Positions 12,337 through 23,959 of a DNA stretch of 64,000 nucleotides are shown here, in pieces. A model generated the notes under the pieces. That model was not told the DNA's origin. It was given only the letters and a program-made list of their open reading frames with translations, and made no database searches. Source of the DNA: Octopus vulgaris (taxonomy: Eukaryota); assembly GCA_951406725.2 (NCBI GenBank), contig OX597832.1, forward strand, positions 58,900,001-58,964,000, given 5' to 3'. The translations under genes and the position numbers were made by a program. Position 1 is the first letter of the stretch, and the number at the start of each line of letters is the position of its first letter.

Positions 12337-13120
12337 TGGCGAGGTGTCAGAATCTTCAACACGTTCTGAGTGCTAACTCCGCCGCGGTCGGCTTTGCTTT
12401 TCATCCTTTGACGGTTTTGTGGCCTGCTGCTAATGAGAAAGGAAAATATAAAGAGTTTGAAAACAAGGTATCTCAAGCTCTTTATAAAATGACAGCTAGT
12501 GTATGGGGTCATCAGGAGAGAATGCGCGCCGTTTCGGGGCCTACTCCTCAACGGCATCATTGTGCACCGGTCCCCTCACTGATATGAGGCCCGGCTTGCT
12601 AGATCAATTGGGAAAGTTAACAAGCTCAATTTACGATACAGGAAATGAATCATTTGGAGTGAAAGAGAGTATCCGATTAGCGAAAGGGGCAGTGTGAGGC
12701 GATTGTTGTTATCGTTAGGCCTAACTCATCGTAAAGTACATACCCCCATGAACGATATCCAAACTACAATGGAGAAGGCTAGCCACTGGATTTGGTTAAA
12801 AAGAGACGATGAGCGATGGCTAGAAGAATATTGAGCTATACTCAATAACCAGTTGATATAGCAAGCCGGGCCTCATATCAGTGAGGAGGTCCGGTGCACA
12901 TTGATGCCGTCGAGAGGTAGGTCCCGAAACGGCACGCATTCTCTCCTGATGACCCCGTACACTTGCTGATTTCCGGTATGCGGAGTTCTCGACTGGTATC
13001 ACTTGCATGTGCAAGTTGTTTGCAAAGCATATATAATAAGTACCAGCTGAGCACTGGGGTTGATTTAATCGGCTTACCCCATCATCCAAAATTGCTGACC
13101 GTGTATCAAAATTTCAATTC
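12337..13120 (+). mobile_element. SINE family C split by a ~620 bp insertion
   Basis: Head/core at 12337-12410 (ACGTTCTGAGTGCTAACTCCGCCGCGGTCGGCTTTGCTTTTCATCCTTT). Continuation at ~13032-13120 (ATAAGTACCAGCTGAGCACTGGGGTTGATTTAATCG). Confidence 0.65.
12493..12968. repeat. Long inverted repeat, ~120 bp arms and ~237 bp spacer
   Basis: 12493-12611 is the reverse complement of 12849-12968 with scattered mismatches; both strands translate to SVxGHQERMRAVSGPT in the ORF track. Confidence 0.92.
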
Positions 13121-14071
13121 GATATTAGAAAATGAAGTGAGAAGCCGTTATGTGATAAGGCTTTCAAGAGGAAGTAACAAGTAATTTCTTTCGGCTTCGA
13201 ATCAGGAACCACACACAATCTTTGGTTTACTAATCACCGAAAACAATAGAGGAGACTAGTTGCTGTTTATTTGGTGTCATTTAGTGCATCTGTCAAGGAT
13301 CTAAGCTCATTTTGGCGACGGAAGATTTGGCACTGAAGGTCAGCTCTCCCGCATACATATATAGAAGCAATTGTACACCACGACCCTCTTTTTAAATCAG
13401 TAAATGCTTTCAACTGTTTTTGTTATGATGAAAGTTGAACTTAACCCTCGGCGCGGCAAGAGCCACTGATGAGAATTAAAATACCCTACATCAACATTCA
13501 AAATCACTGGTGATATGACTATGTCTGTGACTCTAGGGAGCTTTGTCTCCCTTGTCAGCTTATTAAGATAGTACTCTTGTGGCTAATGAGTCAGTTTGAC
13601 ACTTATTTCTCGCAATGCCGGTACCACTATGTACCCTCTGTCACTTTAGTGATGTCTATAAATTTGCTAATAAGTCACCTTCGCTAACCTTCTTACAAAG
13701 GGGTCTAATGCACTTAGTTTAGACTTTTTGGGGGTCTACCAGATCGAATCATCTCAAATATAACTGTCCGAAATGGTCGTGGCGTCTGGTACTTGACTGA
13801 TGAAAGAAAGCCAAGAATGCCCCGTCTTTTTGTGCCTGTACTTCTAATTGTTGTTTCACCTGTCCACCTTTGTGTCCTCTATCTCTCAGAACGTTTTAAT
13901 GCTCTCTATTGCATTTTTGTTAAATATATATGTATATATATATTTAATATAAATTAATATATATGTATATATATGTGTTTATGTGTGTGCGTGTGTGTGT
14001 GTGTGTATGTATGTATATATATATATACATACATACATACACACACACACGCACATATATATATATAAACA

Positions 14072-14210
14072 ATGTGGTAAGCAGTTTGTCCCCAAACCAA
14101 ATGGTTCAGAGAAATGCATTGAAACTTAGGCAAGTGTCATTTACTACAGCCTTCGGCCGACTATAATCTTGTAAGTGGATCTTGGAGATGGAAATTAAAA
14201 GAAACCCGTC

Positions 14211-14269
<59 letters not shown>

Positions 14270-14550
14270 AATATATATATACACGCATACACACACATAT
14301 ATATATATGTATGTATATAAAAATATATGGATGTGTATGTGTGCGCGCGTGCACGTGTGTGTCTTTTTGTCTGAGTCTTTCACTCACCACAGCATGACAA
14401 CCTCGTAAAATTAACGGTTCGAGGAAAGCGACCAACGAAATAAGTAGCAAACCTAACAATATGGACTGGGAATTACTCATTCAACTAGGAATTCTTTAAG
14501 GTTGTACTCCAGCATGGCCGCAGGCTAAAGGCTGACACAACGAAAAGATA
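14072..14550 (+). mobile_element. SINE family A, degenerate
   Basis: TGTGGTAAGCAGTTTG...GGCAAGTGTC...(TA)n...CTCCAGCATGGCCGCAG. Confidence 0.7.
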
Positions 14551-14593
14551 AAAGCTAAACTATATATACTGTGTATGTGTGTGAGAGAGAGAG

Positions 14594-14672
<79 letters not shown>

Positions 14673-15639
14673 GTGGGGAAACATTAACATGGAAACGTCA
14701 AAATTGTTAATATTTCATCTATTATTATGTCTGTAGATTTAGCTGTGTCAGCAATGTTTTCTGACTAACTAAAAATAAAGAAGTTACTATTATTATTATT
14801 TTTTTAGAATGAAAACATACGTTTTTCATTGCCTAAAGCTCTTGTGCTAACTGGATTCGCGTCGAAAAGACGGCACTGAATAAGTCACACAAAATCAGCT
14901 GCTCAAAACAAAACACAACAAACTTCTTGCTAAATAACAATCATCGCTGAATTTATTTCAATATTCTCCAAAGTGTTCGGTTAATAAGTCGCTAGTATTT
15001 CATTGACCATAGAAGGACGGAAAATAAAACTGAACGTGGTGAAATTCATCTCTAGTCTCGAGATAATAGATGTTTTTCGTTTTCCACATAAAACGAAAAA
15101 TTAGGCTGGAGAAGAAATACCTGTTGCAAAGTGTATTTCGTCAAAGATGGAAGTCTGTAGCAAGTGCGTTGCGAGTGAAAGAACTGCCTAAACGAGAACC
15201 AAAAAAAGGACAAAGCAATGTCTTCAGTGTGAGTATGTGGTTTGTGGGGTCGACCACGTCCTCCGCTTCATTTATTTGTAAATCACTCATTCTCATTCAA
15301 TTGTATATATTTTAATTGTTTGTTTATTCATACCTTTCGTCTCATTCGATACCCTGACCCCAATGTTTGTCTTGTCTGTCCCCGTATCCTCCCCTCTTTT
15401 TCTCAACCTCATGGTTAATAAAGGAATTCATCTACAGATTTTTGTACTTGGTCCCTGCTAGCATTGATTTCAAACGTTGTGCAATGACATATATATATAA
15501 AGGTGTGGGACCGCTGATATTTGTCGTTAAATCATTACCAGTAATTAACTATTAATTGATATTACTTATCCATGGCGGATGATTGGCTGCGTCGACCTAT
15601 TAAATGACTTGGCCTGAAAGGATTATTACGTTGAGGAAT

Positions 15640-15855
15640 GCGTGAGCTGGCAGAAACATTAGCGTCTCGGACAAAATACTTAAGAGCATGTCTTCCGGCA
15701 CATTAAGATCTGAGTTCAAATAATATCGAGATCGATTTTTCGTTTCGTCCTTTTTAAAATCGATAAAATAAAGTATCAGTCGAGTACTAGGGCTGAAGCA
15801 ATTGGTTTGTCCCCTCCCCTCAAAAACTTGCTGACCTTGTGCTCAAATTAGAAAA
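15640..15855 (+). mobile_element. SINE family C, degenerate
   Basis: GAGCTGGCAGAAACATTAGC...TCTGAGTTCAAAT...GATAAAATAAAGTATCAGT...CCCCTCCCCTCAAAA...GACCTTGTG. Confidence 0.75.
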
Positions 15856-15926
15856 AACGATTAAGGCAGCAAACTGGGGAAATAGTTACTATGGCGTCGA
15901 AAATGTTTGGCGACATTTCTTCAGGT

Positions 15927-16106
15927 TTACTCAGATTTTCACGTTCCCGTTCGTCGGACAGTGTTGTTTATGTCCGATGAACGGGAACGTGAAACTCTGA
16001 GTAACAGTTTTTGTGATATTTTTGCTGCTTTTTAATAAACCATATTATTCTACTTCTGGTATTCAAGTACCATTTTTTCCACCTTGTTTCGCATTTATGT
16101 GCTTAC

Positions 16107-16110
<4 letters not shown>
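15927..16110 (+). mobile_element. Penelope-like pLTR footprint with inverted minimal hammerhead motifs
   Basis: 34-bp inverted arms at 15927-15960 and 15971-16004. The right arm reads TGT CCGATGA ACG-GGAA-CGT GAAAC TCTGAG TA ACA, followed by AATAAA (~16033) and a (TA)n tract. Confidence 0.6.
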
Positions 16111-16140
<30 letters not shown>

Positions 16141-16349
16141 CACACGCACACACACTATTTACCGACTCTGCCTTTGGGAAGCGAGTACTAATTTTTCTAT
16201 CTTGTTTTGCATTTACATGCTTATATTTGTGTTTATATATATATGCATATGTGTGTGTATGTCTATGTGTGCTTGTGTATTAATGTGTGTACTTTCTTAC
16301 ATACATGCACATATATATTACGCATGTATGTATGTATGCAGGAAGAGGT

Positions 16350-16401
<52 letters not shown>

Positions 16402-17139
16402 CGACAGAATGAAGGAAATGGAAGCCGATAAATAATTTCTGAAGTTGTTCCTGTAGAACGAATAAACAAAAGTATACAAATCAGGTGTAAATTGTTCCTG
16501 AGATCGACAGAGTGAGAGAGAATTGAAGAGAGAAGAAGCTGACAGGAGGATCTGTGGGGAGAGGGTCAGGGATGGACTGGAAATGAAAGAAAAGAAAACA
16601 GTTTACAATCTGCAAGGAATATAATGATTAAGAGATTGAGAAAAAGAGAAAGAGAGAGAGAGAAAGTGAAAGAATAAAAGAGAGAGAAGGACTCTGTTTG
16701 TGTATGTGTGTGTGAAGGATATGTGAAGGATATGTGAAGGATAAATTTTTGTTTTTTTTTTGTTTTTAAGAGGTAAAAATGAGAAGTGATAATGAAATTG
16801 ATAAACACAATTATTTTTCGCTGGGAATTCATAAAGATAGGAGTCATTTTATTTATGAAATAAATAAACTGTATGAAAGTGAAGTTATATCGAAGGGAAT
16901 GAGAAACGAGGGAGTAATAAGAGAGACGGAGAGAGAAAAGCAGATATTGCAGAGGTGGGATTAGAATGAGATAGATAGGTGGATAGGTATGTATGTTGGG
17001 AGGTAGGTAGGTTGGTGGGCAGACAAACAGATAGATCGGGCATTATATAGATAGACCGGGGATGATGAATGATAGATAGATGAGTGTATAGAAAGATAAA
17101 TACATAGATACATACACACACACATATATATATATATAG

Positions 17140-17189
17140 ATAGATAGATAGATGGATGGATGGATGGATGGATGGATGGATGGATAGAT

Positions 17190-17254
<65 letters not shown>

Positions 17255-17724
17255 TGACATACAGACAGAGAGATAGATAGATAGACAGACAGGTAAATAA
17301 AGTCTGGTCGTTAGATACGGTTAGAGAAAACATGTGTGTATGTATGTGTGTGTGTGTTCGTACATGTCTGTCTACGTGCACCTGTCTGTGTGTCTATTTA
17401 TGTATGCAGATGTATATATATTTATATATGCAATTATATATATATATACATATATATACACTTATATATACATATACCTATATATGTATACATACATACA
17501 TACATAACTATGTCTGATTGTGTGTGTGAGCGCGTCTGCATGTGTTTGTGTGTGTCCAGATAGGTAGAGAGACAGACTTTTAGATAGATAAACAGATAGA
17601 TAGAGGGAGAGAGACTCACAGACATACAGATAGATTGATAAGTAGATAGACAGATAGACAGACCGACAGACATAGATCGAAAGATCGATATATATATATA
17701 TATATATTTAATAGATAGAAAGAT

Positions 17725-17757
<33 letters not shown>

Positions 17758-17780
17758 TACATATAGACAGACAGACAGAC

Positions 17781-17826
<46 letters not shown>

Positions 17827-17843
17827 GTAGGTAGGTAGGTAGG

Positions 17844-17900
<57 letters not shown>
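17140..17900. repeat. (AGAT)n/(GGAT)n/(AGGT)n microsatellite region
   Basis: Direct tandem arrays at 17140-17290 and 17710-17900. Confidence 0.93.
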
Positions 17901-17903
<3 letters not shown>

Positions 17904-17922
17904 ACGAGACATTAAGAGAGAA

Positions 17923-17953
<31 letters not shown>

Positions 17954-18401
17954 TGCGATGGGAGATATTCAAAAACGATATTGAAGATAGTTAAATTTAA
18001 AAAGGTAGGAGGAAGAGGAAGGGGAGGAGGAGGAGGAGGAGGAAGGACGATCGTGTTGGATACTTATCCACTTTAAAGAGGTCATGCTGACTCGGAACGG
18101 TCTGTGTCTATATATAGGTGATTGCGAATCAATTGAGCTTCCCAGTGAAAAAAATCGATTATAAAACAGGAGACTGCTCTCACACATATATAATTCTCTG
18201 CAGCCGTACAACGAAATATATACAATTCCCACGATTAAAATAAAGTGGAAAATACCCAGTGAGAATTGCGCATGCTCCCTTGGCGAAAATTTACCTGTGC
18301 AGAATGCAGAAGACATATTGGAAATGCATATAAATATACATACATACACACACACACACATACACAAATATATATATATGTATGCATACATATACATACA
18401 T

Positions 18402-18454
<53 letters not shown>

Positions 18455-18517
18455 AATGCATACATATAATATATATGCATATGTATATCTATATACATAT
18501 ATTTATAGACATATATG

Positions 18518-18550
<33 letters not shown>

Positions 18551-18685
18551 TTAAATGCATACATATAATATATATGTATATATGTATGTATACATATGTG
18601 CATACATGTATATATATATATATATACATATATTTATAGTTATAGACATATAGGTATATACCTATATATATATATATATATACAT

Positions 18686-18738
<53 letters not shown>

Positions 18739-18912
18739 CTTTTTAAAGCTACGTATGTATGTATAAGCACGTACGTGCGTGGGGGTGCGTGTATCGTTTT
18801 AGAGCTATAAATAATATGCTAATACTAGGTTTAAAATCTCTTACGAATGAAGAATACGAACGCTGCCCGTAAGTAATAATCGTGTGTGTACCTCTGTGTG
18901 TGTATGTGTCTG

Positions 18913-19170
18913 AAGGCGTGTGGCTTAGTGGCTAGGGTTTTTAGCTGACGATCGTAAGTTTGGGAGTTTGATACTTACCAGCGCGTCTTGTCCTCCAGTA
19001 TGATACATTATTTCTTTCCCCTTATTCCAGTCCGCCAGCTGTCAAAAATAAGTTCTATCTGTATTTCAAATGGCGAACCGTGTCACTTTCTGTGTCCCGC
19101 TGAATGTCTCTGATAACTACGTTAAGGGAACAAGTTTCTGTGGAGTGCTCAGCCACTTCCACGAACAGAT
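18913..19170 (+). mobile_element. SINE family B-related, degenerate
   Basis: tRNA-like head GGCGTGTGGCTTAGTGGCTAGGG, then TGTATTTCAAA...GTCACTTTCTGTGTCCCGCTGAAT...AACTACGTTAAGGG...TGTGGAGTGCTCAGCCACTT. Confidence 0.75.
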
Positions 19171-19539
19171 TGTACTATGTTTGGAACAACTGTGTGCATA
19201 CGCAAATTGACTGCACCTCTCCTTCACGGATCAAAGTGACTTTGTTATTGATGTGAAATCCTTAAAATATACCACGACATCTATACATTTTTAACATTGA
19301 ACTTCCAACCTTGAACTTGTTCGTATAAACTGTCCCTTTCGTTTCATTTTCTCATATATTACTCTCTTATGCACACACGCACCTTCAGGTTGGAGCGAGG
19401 TCACTTGACCCTGTTATCTCCCCTACTATCCCTATAGTGTCTAACGTCTGACCTCTAACGTTTGACCTCCGATCTCTGACTTCTGAAATCAGAACGCCAT
19501 GTTGAATCGTTAGCAATTTGTTTCTCTCCTTGTTTCTCT

Positions 19540-19691
19540 CCTTGTTTCTTTTCTGTGTATATTTCTGTCGAAGAGCGTAGGCTCGAAACGTAAAAGACTT
19601 GTTTTATTTCTATTCCTGAGCACCATACTAATACATTATTTGTTTGTACTCCACCTGCCTTCGTCTTTTGTTTATTTTCATAAACCTTCCC

Positions 19692-19692
<1 letters not shown>
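19540..19692 (+). mobile_element. Penelope-like pLTR footprint with degenerate hammerhead
   Basis: CTGTCGAA GAGC-GTAG-GCTC GAAACGTA at 19565-19592, then a pyrimidine-rich tail ending at (TA)n. Confidence 0.45.
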
Positions 19693-19731
<39 letters not shown>

Positions 19732-19943
19732 CTTCGAAACACGCAATGAGTCGAAACAGGGGCAGCTGAAGAAGGGGAATGTTCCTTGTGTTGTTTGTCT
19801 TGTACTCTGTTTTTATGTTTTCGTTTCTTGTTGTGTCCTATGTTTTTTGTGGTGTCCTGTACCCATATATGCATGTATATATACATATAGATGTAGGTAT
19901 GTACATATATGTATGCATGCATGTGTTTTATTTATTAAATTGT

Positions 19944-20031
<88 letters not shown>

Positions 20032-20139
20032 AAGAGTGAGAGAGAGATCGACAGAGATATGCATATATATATATATATATGCTGAAAAATTTTAAGCCCT
20101 ACGTTATCTGTATGCAAAACTGAATGCAACACCAATTAA

Positions 20140-20917
20140 AAATACACCGGACCTGGAAGGAATGCAATCCTAGGGAGACCTAGGCATCTGCATGAGTAAT
20201 GATTCATCCTTCCATGTTGCTAAGTTGGCAATGAAATGCAGGCTGCTCACCGTATGGGTTCTTTGAACTTTTAAAACAGGAGATCAGGAAACCATGATGG
20301 TACTCTGGATGACATTTGTCCTAAGACGCTTTGACTATTGTTCCCAGATTTGATCACCAACCAGTGTAAAATTAACTGCAGAACTTGAGGCAATCCAACG
20401 AATCTTGGCGAAGAAGATAGCACCATATGCAGCATATAAGCTACGCAGAATGACTCAAGAGATTTAGACTCAATTCACTGGAACGTAAGCGGGAAAGATA
20501 TGCCGTAATATACATCTGGTAGATCCTGGAGAGACTAATTGATAACTCTGGCATTAAGACTTACTCGAAACCTAGAACATAGACTCCAAATTTGCCATCA
20601 AAATATAGGACAAGATATTGCAACAGCATGAGCCTTAAAGGACCACAGCACATCGATATACTCCCTAAGTACCTGAGAGACTTCAAAAGAGTGGATGTGT
20701 CTTTAAAATGAAACTAGCTCCCTTACTGTCAAGAGTCCCAGATGAAAAAACTTCACAGCAGGAAGTGCAAAGGAAGGTAGCGGCGCCAAACTCCATCATG
20801 TACCAAATTTCAAGTTCGCAAAAGTACTACTGAAGTGAAAATTATGTAGCAACACCAAATGGCGGTGCCCCAGCATGGCCACAGCTCGTGCGCTAAAGCT
20901 AGTTCAATTCAATTCAA
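20140..20917 (+). mobile_element. CR1/L2-group LINE, 5'-truncated 3' end (RT C-terminal region plus 3' tail)
   Basis: From 20177 reads DLGICMSNDSSFHVAKLAMKCRLLTVWVL*TFKTGDQETMMVLWMTFVLRRFDYCSQI*SPTSVKLTAELEAIQR (DLG, YCSQxWSP and LExIQR motifs). Tail at 20861-20917 ends in (TTCAA)3. Confidence 0.8.
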
Positions 20918-20937
20918 TATGTGCGTGTGTATGTATT

Positions 20938-20969
<32 letters not shown>

Positions 20970-20993
20970 TTAATGTATATGAATATATTAAAT

Positions 20994-21259
20994 ATATTAT
21001 TTAATAAACAAAATACATGTTTTTCTTTGCTAGTATTAGTTTTATGTGCAGAGAACATGCTGAACAATGATGGCTGACATATAGACACAATCATGAGGTA
21101 CAGGTCACATGGCATGACGAACATGTTATACCATGTAGGCTGTGCCTGAGGTCTGTGCCGAGATGTCAGACGTGTTATGAAACATTGTTTAGCATGTTCT
21201 CAAGCACTTGGAACTAATACCAGCAGATAAAAATATGTACTGTGTTTATTAAATAATAT
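20994..21259. repeat. Degenerate ~265 bp palindrome (fold-back MITE-like)
   Basis: 20994-21070 pairs with 21181-21259 (ATATTATTTAATAAAC...GAGAACATGCT). Inner 21074-21118 pairs with 21125-21169. Confidence 0.75.
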
Positions 21260-21608
21260 TTCTCTCACCATAAGATGGAATACTTCTTTCGTTGATCTTA
21301 CCATCTCATAGAAAAGTAATATATATATATATACATATAACCTTCACAAGAGTAAAAGAAAGAGAGCGAGAGAGAGAGAGAGAGAGAAAGAGAGACAGAC
21401 AGAAAAGCAAATGTCCCTTGTATTTGAAAACTATGGAAATATGTTTTTTAAAGCATTTTTCTAAAATTTAATTGTTTTCTATGTTTTACTCTAAATTGAA
21501 AATGTCTCAAAACCTGAAACCAGCACTACAAAGTTCTTTATAATAAAATTATTTTATCATTGTCTACCTTGTCTTATATATATAGAGACTTAGTAATTTT
21601 AATATTTC

Positions 21609-21660
<52 letters not shown>

Positions 21661-21710
21661 TGGTTTTAAAGTGATATTAAAATTAATATTAATTTATCTC
21701 CCTCATTATT

Positions 21711-21760
<50 letters not shown>

Positions 21761-21774
21761 CTCTTTTTTACTCA

Positions 21775-21892
21775 TTTACTTGTTTCAGTCATTTTGACTG
21801 CGGCCATGCTGGAGCACCGCCTTTAGTCGAGCAAATCGAGCCCAGTGCTTATTCTTTGTAAGCCTGGTACTTATTCTCTCGGTCTCTTTTGC
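21775..21892 (-). mobile_element. SINE family A, 3' fragment
   Basis: TTTACTTGTTTCAGTCATTTTGACTGCGGCCATGCTGGAGCACCGCC...GGTCTCTTTTGC. Confidence 0.85.
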
Positions 21893-22114
21893 TCTTTTGA
21901 TCGTGTTGGTCAGCTACATGCTTCCTGATGACAGTAGATCAGAAATTATTTCATGGTGATAAGCACAGTCAAAATACTGATCGGAGGATTGCACGAGATA
22001 ATCCGATCCGATAGTGACAAATGGTGGAAGCAACGATACACTGCAACGGTGAGTACCCCATACCTGAGCCTGTCTTGAACATAATATTTGCGATAGTGAA
22101 TATATTTTTGTACA

Positions 22115-22474
22115 AGCCAGCGAGCTGGCAGAAACGTTAGCACGCGGGCAAAATGCGTAGCCGTATTTCGTCTGCGGTTACGTTCTGAGTTCAAATTCTG
22201 CCGAGGTCGACTTTGCCTTTCATCCTTTCGGGGTCGATTAAATAAGTACCAGTTACGCACTGGGGTCAATATAATCGACTTAATCCGTTTGTCTGTCCTT
22301 GCTTGACATAGGCATTTCGTCTGTCTTTATGTTCTGAGTTCAAATTCCGCCGAGGTCGACTTTGCCTTTCATCCTTTCGGGGTCGATAAATTAAGTACCA
22401 GTTGCGTACTGAGGTTGATTTAAACGACTGGTTCCATTTCCAAAAATTTCGGACCTTGTTCCTAGACTAGAAAA
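22115..22474 (+). mobile_element. SINE family C dimer with 17-bp TSD
   Basis: Two cores (GTTCTGAGTTCAAATTC at ~22182 and ~22331). Flanks GAATATATTTTTGTACA (22098-22114) and GAATATATTTTTGAACA (22475-22491). Confidence 0.9.
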
Positions 22475-23001
22475 GAATATATTTTTGAACATAAATGCAT
22501 CGCTAAAACATGATATAATGTTTGTGCGCATGCAATTTAATATATATTTGTACGATAGTAAATTTTTTGTTAAAGGTTGTGAACGTGTATATTCGTACGT
22601 TCGATTGTGTATAAATCACTGTCTTTAAATGTCGGCGTATACATGTATTTTAAACGTATGTGTATGATTAATTTTGCGCGTATATGCGAGTAGAAATTGA
22701 AATGAATTTTAGAAATAATTAAATAAACGAAGCAATATTTAATAATTTTGCATGGATTAGCCAGAACTTATCGATAAACTATCACGTATGCTTTTGTGTG
22801 TGTTCGTCTGTAGGGCTCTAAAAGGTGTACTGTGTGACACGATTCGCAAACAGAAAGGTCATCGACACAGCTAGAGACGACAGTGCTGCCTAGACACATG
22901 TGCATTTGCATAACAATAGCAGCATACGAATATACAGACATAAATATAAACAGACCAATTTCATATACATACACATTGACATTCACTATAGATACTTACA
23001 T

Positions 23002-23385
23002 GTGGAGGCGCAATGGCCCAGTGGTTAGGGCAGCGGACTCGCAGTCATAGGATCGCGGTTTCGATTCCCAGACCGGGCGTTGTGAGTGTTTATTGAGCGA
23101 AAACACCTAAAGCTCCACGAGGCTCCGGCAGGGGATGGTGGTGATCCCTGCTGTACTCTTTCACCACAACTTTCTCTCACTCTTACTTCCTGTTTCTGTT
23201 GTACCTGTATTTCAAAGGGCCGGCCTTGTCACTCTCTGTGTCACGCTGAATATCCCCGAGAACTACGTTAAGGGTACACGTGTCTGTGGAGTGCTCAGCC
23301 ACTTACACGTTAATTTCACGAGCAGGCTGTTCCGTTGATTCGGATCAACCGGAACCCTCTTCGTCGTAACCGACGGAGTGCTTCC
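23002..23385 (+). mobile_element. SINE family B, full length with TSD
   Basis: A box TGGCCCAGTGG and B box GGTTTCGATTCCC. TSD ATACTTACAT/ATACCTACAT at 22992-23001 and 23388-23397. Confidence 0.92.
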
Positions 23386-23959
23386 AAATACCTACATATA
23401 TATGTGTATATATGTGTAAATATACATACATTCACACACACACACATCTTAGCTCTTAGCTCTTAGATCTTCCAGTGTTGTCGCCACGACGGGTAGCAGG
23501 CCCTTCCCGAGCATCTTGTTTCTTCGCTTTCCTATTAACTCTACTCAGGCCAGCTCCCATCGCTATCATGCAGCACCGCGAAATTTTTTTCCTTCAAGCG
23601 TTCCGGGCCTCAGTTATGAACTCATTTGCATACAGCCTATCAGAGTTCAACTATCAAACTAATTCATGAGCGCATAATAAATGATGGGGGATAAGATAAG
23701 GTCACTTGGATAAGGAATGTTTCTTTTCTCTTTTAATAATGCTTGTTGTTTTTGTTATTGTTTCCACCATGGCTGTCTCATCGTAGTTATTTGTGTTGTT
23801 GTTTACTTTGTAAAACAGTATCCTCAACCCATATTTTTTCCATCCATATGTTTACCATATGGGCCCCTAACAATATACGATAATAGGTATAGATGCAAAT
23901 CTATCTCATTACTTGTCTCCTTCTAAAATCAGGCATAACTTGGCGATCAGTCGACTTAC

